From positions 1-32,000 of the forward strand of contig BEHE01000006.1 in assembly GCA_002898395.1 (NCBI GenBank): a DNA stretch of 32,000 bases, written 5' to 3'. The notes below the pieces were generated by a model. That model made no database searches. It was not told where the DNA came from and was given only the letters and a program-made list of their open reading frames with translations. The stretch comes from Candidatus Calditenuaceae archaeon HR02. GTDB taxonomy: Archaea > Thermoproteota > Nitrososphaeria_A > Caldarchaeales > Calditenuaceae. This document shows, piece by piece, positions 9,090 through 17,605 of the stretch (within the stretch, counting starts at the first letter, position 1; each line of letters begins with the position of its first letter). A program made the position numbers and the translations under genes.

Positions 9090-9521
9090 ATGGTGGAAGG
9101 CGGTAATCCAGTAAACTTTGGCGAGCCGAAGCCACCCTTATCTAGACGCAGGATAAGATTGATAGAGGATTATACACACACGCATGGTTCTGAGTGGAGA
9201 GGTAGGCGCGTGGGTGCTATAGGAGGCATGGGCTGATTCTCATTTCAAAAGAATAAGTCTCTAACAGCTAGCGAGGATGGAATAGTACTCACGGACAGCG
9301 ACTAACACGCCTGCAAGGCGAGACCTATACACAACATAGGCAGGGTCGTAGTGAGGCTGCACACGAACACTACATCCTCAGCTCAAAACTACAGTATGAC
9401 AGGGTTTCAAGCAGCACTCTTCTCGTCTAAGCGCGACAAATCTGAAGAGCAACCCCCATCCGTCCAACCACTCGATCCCAATCTTCTCAGCCGGCCTCTG
9501 TTGAGACATCTACATTGTTAG
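9090..9521 (+). pseudogene. DegT/DnrJ/EryC1/StrS-type PLP aminotransferase relic
   Basis: The relic is in a single frame but has in-frame TGA (9234-9236) and TAA (9303-9305). Recognisable blocks are GGNPV, GAIGGMG*FSFQKNKSLTASEDGIVLTDSD (PLP-lysine block) and NYSMTGFQAAL. About 130 residues are missing between the N-terminal block and the HG block. Confidence 0.65.
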
Positions 9522-9555
9522 AATAGTCTTAGCTCGTTTAGGTACGCCTTTTCCC

Positions 9556-11427
9556 CTACTTTTTAGGCTGTTTCGTGCTTATCTCCTCTTCGATGGCCTC
9601 TCTATATGCCTTGTAGAGCCGGTCTACAAGCCTGTAGACCATGTAGATTATGATAATTGCCGTGGCAGGTGCGAGGGATTTCACGATGTATGGGCCCGTT
9701 ATTGGGAGGGTGCCGAGGCTCCAGGAGTAGGTCCAGAGGATTAGCGCCAAGAAGAGGTACGTGGTGTCGCTGATTGTCTCGCGGATTATTGTTGACGTCA
9801 GCCGTAGCCTGTGTACAAGTTTGGCGGAGGCCAGTTCCACCAGTATTCCACTTGAGACTATTATCTTTGAGCCAAAATAGATTATCACCCCTATCTCCGC
9901 CAACGGCAGGAATGTTGCCACCTCGAGGGTTACGTGATTCTCCATTATCACTATGTCGGCAAAGGGTGTTAGTAGGAGCCTGGTTACTAGTAGCCCAATG
10001 GTGAGGCGGAAGGCATTGACAATTACCGTGTGGACAGCACCCCTAGCAGTCAGCTCAAGGGCGAGGCGAGGCCAAGCCTCACTCCTCCTCCTTCGAGGCA
10101 TAGGCCACGACCAGGTTAAAGACCCTCTGAAGAGGAGGACCAGGCCCGCTATGACGAAGATGGCCGAGGCAAAGGCGATGTAGTATACCGAGTAGAGTGG
10201 GTACCCGGCTGCAGAGCATATGAATACGCTGAAGAGCCTAGCGTCTCGGGTTGCGGGGATCTTCCTCAGGTTATCTACCTCGATATTTAGTCTCGAGAGC
10301 ATGTGTGTGGTCTGGCTGACCAGCGTGGCACTGGCTGCAGCAATTATCGATAGGATTGCATCCAGCGTAGAGAGGGGCCAGCTGGCCGCTGCCACGCCCG
10401 CTATAACCGCAATATCTGCGACCCTGTCCAATATGTTGTCGAAGACCTCTCCCTGGGAACTCGTAGCCTTGAAGAGGCGTGCAACCTCTCCGTCAACACC
10501 ATCGAGGATGGACGCTATTTGTATAAGGAGCCCGCCGACCAGAAAAAATCCTGCCGGGAAGGCGGTCGCCCCCAAAGCTGCGGCAATGAACGAGATGAGA
10601 GAGATGATGTTAGGGTGGATGAAGAGCCCCTTCTTGTAGAGATACAGTGAGATCCTTGTCGAGATGCTCCTGTTTAGTAGCCTGCTCACCAAGCCGTCAG
10701 AAGGCTTTACAAGGTCTCTCCTCAATATTTCGTGATAGATTTCTCTGGCAGCCTCTAGGTCGCTGGGGGTGTCGATGTCCTTCCATAGGAGGCCTGTCAC
10801 GTCAACGAAGTCCACGTCATTGTTTGCTGCAGCTAGGTTGATTGCATCTTTGAGGGAGGCCTCCTTTCCATATTCCTTGATGGCCTCCTCCATGTATTGT
10901 AGGCTGCGCGGCCCGCAAAATATTACACCTGTATCAATACCATAGGTGGGTGTCAGCTCCTTCCCTGTCTCAACCACGCGACCCTCATGCAATAAGAGTT
11001 TAAGCCCCTCCTCGGCTGTCTTCAGTGACGGCTTCCTATCAAGGCAGAGTATGAAGGCCTTCTGGCTATCCTTGGCGCGTTTAATCATCTTTCTCAGTAA
11101 TCGCCTCTCCACTATGTGGTCGGACATCACGAGGAGGAGGGGCAGGCTAAACTCCTCGCAACCAATATAAGCGCTGTAAAGATTTCCAAAGGAGTCTTCA
11201 TCCTTGATCTGGATTATGCGGAGGCCTGGGCTTATTTCCTTAAAGATGTCTGCGAAATCTGGCATAGTAACTATCGCTATGTCCAGTATCCCGCTGCTTT
11301 TTAGCTGGTTTACTATGAATGAGAGTATTGAGACCCCGGGCTCAAGCTCCATGAGTGTTTTGGGAGTATGATGCGAGTAGGGCTGGAGACGGGTGGCTCT
11401 ACCCGCTGCTAAAATAACCGCTCTCAA
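9556..11427 (-). CDS. nucleotidyltransferase / CDP-alcohol phosphatidyltransferase fusion (IPCT/DIPPS-like) with an extra C-terminal polytopic membrane domain
   Basis: The N-terminus MRAVILAAGRATRL is an NTP-transferase fold. There is an exact CDP-OH-P motif, DGVDGEVAR-x8-G-x3-D-x3-D. The last ~180 aa add several more hydrophobic helices. Confidence 0.85.
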   Translation of the reverse strand: MRAVILAAGRATRLQPYSHHTPKTLMELEPGVSILSFIVNQLKSSGILDIAIVTMPDFADIFKEISPGLRIIQIKDEDSFGNLYSAYIGCEEFSLPLLLVMSDHIVERRLLRKMIKRAKDSQKAFILCLDRKPSLKTAEEGLKLLLHEGRVVETGKELTPTYGIDTGVIFCGPRSLQYMEEAIKEYGKEASLKDAINLAAANNDVDFVDVTGLLWKDIDTPSDLEAAREIYHEILRRDLVKPSDGLVSRLLNRSISTRISLYLYKKGLFIHPNIISLISFIAAALGATAFPAGFFLVGGLLIQIASILDGVDGEVARLFKATSSQGEVFDNILDRVADIAVIAGVAAASWPLSTLDAILSIIAAASATLVSQTTHMLSRLNIEVDNLRKIPATRDARLFSVFICSAAGYPLYSVYYIAFASAIFVIAGLVLLFRGSLTWSWPMPRRRRSEAWPRLALELTARGAVHTVIVNAFRLTIGLLVTRLLLTPFADIVIMENHVTLEVATFLPLAEIGVIIYFGSKIIVSSGILVELASAKLVHRLRLTSTIIRETISDTTYLFLALILWTYSWSLGTLPITGPYIVKSLAPATAIIIIYMVYRLVDRLYKAYREAIEEEISTKQPKK

Positions 11428-11452
11428 GACCTAAATCTTAGTCCGGTTTCTC

Positions 11453-11460
11453 TAATATAA
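11453..11460 (-). promoter_or_regulatory. TATA box of the IPCT/DIPPS-like gene
   Basis: TTATATTA on the minus strand lies 26-33 nt upstream of the ATG at 11427, which implies a leaderless or short-leader mRNA. Confidence 0.5.
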
Positions 11461-11488
11461 CTCTTCAAAGACACGTGTCTTTGAAGAG
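11461..11488. promoter_or_regulatory. 28-bp perfect palindrome CTCTTCAAAGACAC|GTGTCTTTGAAGAG, candidate regulator binding site
   Basis: Read directly from the sequence. It sits immediately next to the TATA box in the divergent intergenic region. Confidence 0.6.
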
Positions 11489-11573
11489 CGAGTTTGTAGC
11501 ATCTGCTGGCCATGCATAGAGAGTCTCAAAGCGTGCGAAAATCTATATTTATTGCCTCCTTTGATTATAGACG

Positions 11574-12005
11574 TTGTTGAACAGTAGTAACTTTGGCTGG
11601 GTATTCTTTGCGTTATTGTCGCTGATCGTGTGGGGTGTCTGGGGGTTTACCGCCAGGGTCGCGGCCGCGTCGATTGGCTGGCGCGAGATGACCGTCCTCG
11701 CATCTATCGGAAGCGTATCTTCTATGCTCGCTTTCGCACTGCTGACGAGGCCCAATCTATCATACCCTCTCGGCGCATTCATGCTCGCTTTTGTTGTTGG
11801 TGTACTGGGTTTCTTGGGGACACCTATCTTTTACGCGGCCCTTGAGCGGCATCCATCAGCCATAGTTATCGTGGTAACCTCACTATACCCCGTCGTAACG
11901 ATAATACTCTCGACGCTCTTCCTCGGGGAGGTTCCCTCGCCTAGACAGGTTATAGGAATCGTGCTGGCAATTGCTGCCTTAGTCCTCATATCGTCTGAGG
12001 CTTGA
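11574..12005 (+). CDS. small EamA/DMT-superfamily membrane protein (single EamA domain)
   Basis: 143 aa with 4-5 hydrophobic helices. The C-terminal LFLGEVPSPRQVIGIVLAIAALVLI is typical of EamA domains. A TATA-like CTATATTTATT lies 21-31 nt upstream. Confidence 0.7.
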   Translation: MLNSSNFGWVFFALLSLIVWGVWGFTARVAAASIGWREMTVLASIGSVSSMLAFALLTRPNLSYPLGAFMLAFVVGVLGFLGTPIFYAALERHPSAIVIVVTSLYPVVTIILSTLFLGEVPSPRQVIGIVLAIAALVLISSEA

Positions 12006-12046
12006 GTCCCTTGGAAGACGTATAAGCACGTTCTGCCGACCTTGAT

Positions 12047-14083
12047 GTGCGGTTGAGAGAAGGGATGGCGCGTAGATTAGAGGATTCTTTTAGGCAGGTC
12101 CACCTAGACTTTCACACCTCTCCACTAATACCTGACATGGCCGCCGATTTTAATCCAGAGGAATTCGCTGATACACTTTTACGAGCCTCTGTGAACTCCA
12201 TTACAGTCTTCGCCAAGTGTCATCATGGGATGTCTTATTATGATACGCGGGTCGGAGTAAAACATCCGTCGCTGAAGATAGACCTTCTCAGGGAGATGGT
12301 GGATGCCTGTCACGGTAGAGGTATTAGGGTCGCCGCGTATTATTCAGTCTGCTGGGACGCCTATATGGGAGATGAGCATCCGGAGTGGCTCCAAATCGAT
12401 AAGAACGGTGTACCGGTTAGGCCTAGGCCTTTTGAGCGTCCATACTATAGCTGGGAGACACTATGCCTCAACACACCATACGTCGACTATGTTGAGGCGC
12501 AGGTTAGAGAGGTTTTGAGCGGCTATGAGGTGGATGGCATCTTTCTAGATATCGTTGTGCAGAGGAGGCCGGGTTGCATCTGCCACCTCTGTAGGTCGTC
12601 GATGGATAGGCTCGGCATGGATTATTCAGATGATGAGGCGCTTAGGAGTCACTCGAGGATGATAGAGGAGAGGTTTATGGAGAGGATGTGGAGGATCGTC
12701 AAAGAGATAAGACCGAGCGCAACGCTATTCTTTAACGGCGCGTCTAGCCTGAACATGGCGCGCATGGCCGGGAGATATGTGACTCATTTTGAGATTGAGT
12801 CGCTCCCGACCGGGCCGTGGGGATACTATCATTTCCCACTCTACGCACGATACCTAAGAAACTTTGGCAAGCCGACCATAGGGATGACTGGGAGGTTCCA
12901 CCTCTCGTGGGCTGATTTTGGAGGACTTAAGCAGGTCGCCCAACTAGTCTACGAGGCCACCAGGATACTGGCGCACGGAGCCGCGGTCTCGATAGGAGAC
13001 CAAATGCATCCGCGAGGTAGGCTCGATGAAGCGGTCTACAACACCATCGGAGAGGCCTACAGGCTCGTCGGGAGGGTGGAGGAGCTCCTACGAGGGGCCG
13101 AGCCAGTCTACGAGGCGGCAATCCTAGCGCTCCCAAGGTCAAGAGGCGCTGACGCCTACGTTTTTCCGGAGGGCGGTTTTGGGATTGACGACTCATTAGG
13201 TGGCGCTGTAAAGATTCTATTAGAGGAGAAGATACAGTTTAACGTTATAGACCATTTGATGGATTTCGACAAGTACAAGCTGCTTATAATCCCCGACTTT
13301 GGTCTCCTCGACGAAGATACTGCGCAGAAGATTGCAGAGTATGTCTCGCGAGGCGGACGGCTAATATTCAGCTACAAGGCAACTCTAGAGGATGGCGAGT
13401 TTAAGATACCTGGAACAGGCTTAAAGCCTATTGATTCTGACCGATATGATGTCGACTTTATCCGAGTCGGCCCACAGATATCCGAGGGCATTCCCAGGGA
13501 CTTTGACATTGCGATGTATGGCTCGGGTGTTTACAATTTCCTTGAAGATTGTGCGGCCTTGGCCTGGATTAGGGAGCCCTACTTCAGGAGGAGCTACAAG
13601 ACTTACACATCGCACACCTACTCTCCCGCTATTAGATACTCGGAGAGCCCAGCCATCACCCTATCGAGAGACGGGAAAATACTATACATATACTCTCCCA
13701 TATTCGCAGCCTATTTCAAGTATGGCTACTGGCTCTACGCCAGAATGCTCAGAAACTGCCTAAACCTCATGCTCAAGGATAGGATGTTACACCCGACCCT
13801 CCCACCCACGTCGGAGGCCTACCTCTGGAGGCATGGCGACTCACTCATTCTCCACCTGTTGAATTACCAGTCAATGAGGGTTGGCAGGCACCCTGAGTAT
13901 ATGGGGGAGTATACTCCCTACTCGTCCTTGAGGCTGAGAGTCAGGGCGACTAGGGAGCCGCAGCGCGTCTACTCCTATGTAGATGGCAGGGAGCTACGCT
14001 ACAGCTTCTCCAACAGTGTTGTGGATATCATGCTTGACGCGCCGGCCCTGTACGAGATCGTTGTCTTAGAGGGCGCGGCTTAG
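12047..14083 (+). CDS. putative glycoside hydrolase (GHL6-like TIM-barrel domain plus GH42-type trimerisation-like domain)
   Basis: The N-terminus VHLDFHTSP ... VFAKCHHGMSYYDT ... DLLREMVDACHGRGIRVAAYYSV resembles the hypothetical glycosyl hydrolase 6 family. An alternative ATG start is at 12065. Confidence 0.65.
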   Translation: MRLREGMARRLEDSFRQVHLDFHTSPLIPDMAADFNPEEFADTLLRASVNSITVFAKCHHGMSYYDTRVGVKHPSLKIDLLREMVDACHGRGIRVAAYYSVCWDAYMGDEHPEWLQIDKNGVPVRPRPFERPYYSWETLCLNTPYVDYVEAQVREVLSGYEVDGIFLDIVVQRRPGCICHLCRSSMDRLGMDYSDDEALRSHSRMIEERFMERMWRIVKEIRPSATLFFNGASSLNMARMAGRYVTHFEIESLPTGPWGYYHFPLYARYLRNFGKPTIGMTGRFHLSWADFGGLKQVAQLVYEATRILAHGAAVSIGDQMHPRGRLDEAVYNTIGEAYRLVGRVEELLRGAEPVYEAAILALPRSRGADAYVFPEGGFGIDDSLGGAVKILLEEKIQFNVIDHLMDFDKYKLLIIPDFGLLDEDTAQKIAEYVSRGGRLIFSYKATLEDGEFKIPGTGLKPIDSDRYDVDFIRVGPQISEGIPRDFDIAMYGSGVYNFLEDCAALAWIREPYFRRSYKTYTSHTYSPAIRYSESPAITLSRDGKILYIYSPIFAAYFKYGYWLYARMLRNCLNLMLKDRMLHPTLPPTSEAYLWRHGDSLILHLLNYQSMRVGRHPEYMGEYTPYSSLRLRVRATREPQRVYSYVDGRELRYSFSNSVVDIMLDAPALYEIVVLEGAA

Positions 14084-14508
14084 CGAATAAATATCTTCTC
14101 CGGCTTAATCCGCCATATCAGCCTATTCTCGCGGAGACCCTGAAACCTGCTGACGCCCAGATACTTATTCGCCAACTTGTCTATATGCTCCACCGCGCCC
14201 TGAAAAGTCTTCTCAACGACCCGCCCCCGAATCTCGCAGTATTTGTACGGGTTAGCTGAGTCGGCGATGGCTATCGAGACCCGTGTGTCCCTATCCGTAT
14301 TCTTGTCCTTAACCCTCCCCTTAACGGTGTTGACCAGTATATAGTCGCCATCAAGATCAATCCAGACGGGCGAGACCTGAGGCGAGCCATCAGGCATCAG
14401 AGTCGCGACGAAGCCGAAGTTCCTCCCTTCTACAAGCCTTCTAACCTCAGGTGGAAGCTGAGTCATATTGGCGCGTATTCTCAGGCTACTATTTAACGAG
14501 AGACCCAT
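14080..14508 (-). CDS. pyridoxamine 5'-phosphate oxidase-like FMN/F420-binding split-barrel protein
   Basis: FGFVATLMPDGSPQVSPVW...DGDYILVNT...RVSIAI fits the PPOX fold pattern. The likely true start is the ATG at 14466. Confidence 0.8.
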   Translation of the reverse strand: MGLSLNSSLRIRANMTQLPPEVRRLVEGRNFGFVATLMPDGSPQVSPVWIDLDGDYILVNTVKGRVKDKNTDRDTRVSIAIADSANPYKYCEIRGRVVEKTFQGAVEHIDKLANKYLGVSRFQGLRENRLIWRIKPEKIFIR

Positions 14509-14567
14509 GAACTATGTGCGACCGAATCAAATTTTATATATTGTTGAATGGGGCTGGCTAAGCAGGT

Positions 14568-15263
14568 TTGAGGTTCGAGATTAAGCACCGCCCATCTTAC
14601 TCGCTGCTTGAGGTTGAGCTTGAGCAGGGAGAAGTCATCAGGGCTGAGGCTGGAGCAATGACCTACATGTCTCCGACGATCGAGGTGAGTACGGTGATGC
14701 GTGAGGCCAGCTTCTTCCAGAGCCTAGGCCTCAAACTCCTCGGCGGCCAATCCTTCTTCGTGAACGAGTACCTTGCTAGGTCAGGTAGGGGCGTGGTTGG
14801 TCTTGTATCGGCTCCCCTCGGCGACATAGCCCACCTAGACGTCAGGCCAGGACTCGGCTATATTGTCCAAAAATCCGCTTACGTGGCGTCAAGCCCCAGC
14901 GTGGACTTGGACATCAAGTGGCAGGGCTTTACCAAGGGAATCTTCGGGCAGGGACTGTTCATGTTGAGGGCTACGGGGAGCGGAGACCTCTTCATCAACA
15001 CCTTCGGAGCCCTCGAGAAGAAGACACTCGCGCCCGGCGAGGAACTGGTCGTCGACAACTTCCACCTAGCAGCCTTCACAGATACCTGTAGCTACCAAGT
15101 ATCCAAGTTCGGCGGCCTCAAGTCCACACTACTGGGAGGCGAGGGGCTCGTGGTGAAGGTGAAGGGGCCGGGAGAAGTCTACATACAGACCAAAAACCCC
15201 GCCGAGTTCGCACAATGGCTCTGGAGCCTACTAGAACCGTACGCGGGGTCAAGGGCTAGATAG
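14568..15263 (+). CDS. AIM24/DUF124 (TIGR00266) family protein
   Basis: LLEVELEQGEVIRAEAGAMTYM, GGQSFFVNEY, KGIFGQGLFM and GEELVVDNFHLAAF match the family pattern. TATA ATTTTATATATT lies about 27 nt upstream. Confidence 0.8.
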   Translation: MRFEIKHRPSYSLLEVELEQGEVIRAEAGAMTYMSPTIEVSTVMREASFFQSLGLKLLGGQSFFVNEYLARSGRGVVGLVSAPLGDIAHLDVRPGLGYIVQKSAYVASSPSVDLDIKWQGFTKGIFGQGLFMLRATGSGDLFINTFGALEKKTLAPGEELVVDNFHLAAFTDTCSYQVSKFGGLKSTLLGGEGLVVKVKGPGEVYIQTKNPAEFAQWLWSLLEPYAGSRAR

Positions 15264-15294
15264 TAACTCAACCGGGAAATCCTTTTTAGCATTA

Positions 15295-15711
15295 TTGTTT
15301 GTCAAGTTGTTGTGGCTTAAGAGGAAAGAGGAGTATGAGACGCTTAAGAAGAGGGCCCTAGACTTCTATGAAGAGGCAAAGAATGCCCTTGAGTCGGGGC
15401 GATATGACCTTGCATGTTTCTTGGCGGAGCAGTCTGCCCAGCTTTATCTTAAATCCGCCCTGCTAAAGATGGTGGGAGATTATAGCAGGACACACCGTCT
15501 TAGACAGCTCCTCTCGGAGCTGGTTAAATCCACATCCTCCGAAAGACTAAAGAGATTTTCTGAAGAATATAATGTACATCTGTCAAGCCTGGAAGACGCG
15601 TACATCATGGCAAAATACACCACGAAGCACTACACCCTGCGGGACTCGGAGGAAAGTATACGACTTGTAGAGATTCTGTCTAGGATGGTTGAGGGGGAGG
15701 AGGGCTTGTAG
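15295..15711 (+). CDS. HEPN domain protein (toxin-like partner of the downstream MNT)
   Basis: It reads FYEEAKNALESGRYDLACFLAEQSAQLYLKSALL ... RTHRL, an all-helical HEPN pattern. Its stop overlaps the next gene's start (TAGTG). Confidence 0.8.
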   Translation: MFVKLLWLKRKEEYETLKKRALDFYEEAKNALESGRYDLACFLAEQSAQLYLKSALLKMVGDYSRTHRLRQLLSELVKSTSSERLKRFSEEYNVHLSSLEDAYIMAKYTTKHYTLRDSEESIRLVEILSRMVEGEEGL

Positions 15712-16054
15712 TGAGTTTCATGGATACTGCGAGGAGGAGGGCGGACATAGTTAGAAACTGGAGGGAGTACGTATACGGGGTTGCTAAGGCGGTGAAGGAG
15801 GTGCTACCAGATGCGTAGGTCTATGTCTTCGGGAGCGCTGTAACAGGCGACTTAGTTGCATCTAGCGACATAGACATTCTCGTAATCTCCAAAAAAATTC
15901 CCGATGGGCTTTTCGAGAGAGGCCGAGTGAAGGTTGATATCGAGAGGGGGCCGGCCTCCCATACTACCATCCCTTCGAATTCCACCTCGTGAAGCCTGAG
16001 GAGTCAGAAGAATACTTGAGAAGAGCCGGTAAACATATTTTAAGAATCTGCTAG
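15711..16054 (+). pseudogene. minimal nucleotidyltransferase (MNT), inactivated
   Basis: There is an in-frame TAG at 15816-15818, directly before the catalytic block VYVFGSAVTGDLVASSDIDILV. A frameshift near 15950-15965 follows, and the C-terminal YYHPFEFHLVKPEESEEYLRRAGKHILRIC continues in another frame. Confidence 0.8.
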
Positions 16055-16103
16055 ACTTCTTGGGACCGATGCTAGGAAATCGGCTCCCAGACCAGCAAGG
16101 GAT

Positions 16104-17039
16104 CGCTCATCTCGGTCTTATAAGGGATTTATATATTCTCCTCGGAATTTTCTTTGGCCATGGACCCCGATGCGGTGAGGTCGGTATTCCTTCCGGATAA
16201 GGAGAGGTGCCTAAACTACCTGAGGAGAGTCAGGTTCAAGGGATGGACTCAAATGCTTCTACTGCGGTTCCTCTGATGTTAGGAAGGATGGAAGGGACAG
16301 GAACGGATACCAAGTCTATGAATGCGCTTCATGTAGGAGGAAGTTCAACGACCTGACTGGGACTATATTCTCTAGGCATAAGCTGAGCCTTGAGGAGATG
16401 TTCTACATAATACTCTCCATGGAGACGAAGAGCGCGAATCAGATATCCAGGGAACTGGGGAGGGATTACGAGTCTGTGCTCAACTTCGTCAGGGAGGTTC
16501 AGGAGCTGGCTAAGAGGGTGGGAGGGGTAAGGCTGGAGGGCATATGCGAGGCAGACGAGGTCTACGTGAACTCAGGTGATAAGGGGGTTAAGGAGGGTAA
16601 TCCTAGGGGGAGGGGGCTATCGGTTAAGGGTAGGGGAACATACGATAAGGACAGGCCACCCGTGCTAACGCTGGTAAGGAGGAGAGACGGGATGGCCGAG
16701 TTCGTTCTGCTCAGTGATATGAGTCAGGCAGTAGAAGAGATTAGATCGAGGGCATCTGAAGATTGCGTGATCATAACTGACAACTACCCCGCATACGATA
16801 AGCTGGATTCCATCGGGATAAACCTCATGAGGATAAACCACTCCGAGAGATACGCAGATGAAGATATACACCTGAACAAATGCGAGAACAGGCACTCATT
16901 CCTAAGATCTTTCCTATCGAAGTTCAGAGGGGTGAGCAAGAGACACCTCCAAGGACACCTATCATTCCTAGCACTATTAATCAACATGCCTACAAGGTGG
17001 TTCAGTACACTACTATCCCTTACGATGCCGATATGAGCG
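16104..17039 (+). mobile_element. IS1595-family-like insertion sequence (936 bp) with imperfect ~24-bp TIRs and an exact 8-bp target duplication
   Basis: The left end is GCTCATCTCGGTCTTATAAGGGAT and the inverted right end is GCTCATATCGGCATCGTAAGGGAT. The flanking direct repeat CAAGGGAT is at 16096-16103 and 17040-17047. Confidence 0.85.
16160..17036 (+). pseudogene. IS1595-type transposase (N-terminal zinc ribbon plus DDE domain), interrupted by a 1-nt frameshift near 16238-16242
   Basis: Frame 1 reads MDPDAVRSVFLPDKERCLNYLRRVRFKG. Frame 2 continues DGLKCFYCGSSDVRKDG...YECASCRRKF, then ADEVYV, IITDNYPAYD and NKCENRHSFLRSFLSKFRGVSKRHLQ. The two frames overlap over 16224-16276. Confidence 0.8.
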
Positions 17040-17112
17040 CAAGGGATTATCCCTAAGTTATTGAATAATCTCGATTTCTCCGCAAATATGCAGATTACAT
17101 TCGTAATTTAGT

Positions 17113-17219
17113 TATAGTGTCCGGATAACGCCTTAAATATCTAAACTTAGGGGGAGAAGGCATCACGGTGGAGGAAAAGGTCATCAATCCTTTAAATGCC
17201 ATCCTTATCCGGAAACTAC
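17113..17219. mobile_element. MITE family 1, internally deleted short copy (about 107 bp)
   Basis: The ends ATAGTGTCCGGATAACGCCTTAAATATC ... CCTTTAAATGCCATCCTTATCCGGAAACTAC match the extended terminal repeats of the 218-bp copies. Confidence 0.65.
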
Positions 17220-17248
17220 CAGGCTTGGCAGAGTATTATTTTTATCGC

Positions 17249-17474
17249 GTGGAGAGGCGCGTAGGACCGGTGTATCTCCCCTAATCTCTGAGGTTATTCT
17301 GCTGGCAGGTGTGGTAGGGCTTGGCCTAGCGATTTGGGGGTTGTCAATAAGCTATTTTGGAGTTATATCTCGGTGCAGAATACTCAGGAGTTTGATAAGA
17401 TGGTTAGTAGTCAGGGGATGTTGCTGATAATTGAGGCTGTTGACAGCGATATTGGCAGGGTCAGAGAGGTTTAG
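17249..17474 (+). pseudogene. archaeal type IV pilin-like gene remnant (class III signal peptide), frameshifted
   Basis: A GTG-initiated VERRVG shifts into GVSPLISEVILLAGVVGLGLAIWGLSISYFG. A second shift leads into SYISVQNTQEFDKMVSSQGMLLIIEAVDSDIGRVREV. No single frame is open across all three parts. Confidence 0.45.
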
Positions 17475-17605
17475 GAAAGAATTTGCATCCGGAAGGTTTT
17501 AGGGGAAAAGTTCGGCTTATCGTCCAAATATCCAACACTCATCCTAAAACCATCACCACATAGCGCTCCTCTACGTACCCTGAGGATGGTTCTATCAGCA
17601 GTTAT

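Noticed and set aside
9774-11304. Several 60-140-aa plus-strand ORFs inside the IPCT/DIPPS-like gene
   Set aside because: They are antisense to a long ORF with strong motifs. Their R/S/P/A-rich composition is typical of shadow ORFs.
15816-15818. In-frame TAG in the MNT gene as a recoded (pyrrolysine) codon
   Set aside because: The same gene also has a frameshift, the context is crenarchaeal, and nothing in the window suggests Pyl machinery. Simple inactivation is far more likely.
16224-16276. Programmed frameshift in the IS1595-like transposase
   Set aside because: There is no slippery heptamer or downstream structure, and I know of no frameshifting in this family. A 1-nt insertion or an assembly error is the simpler reading. 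It is kept as a caveat in the finding.
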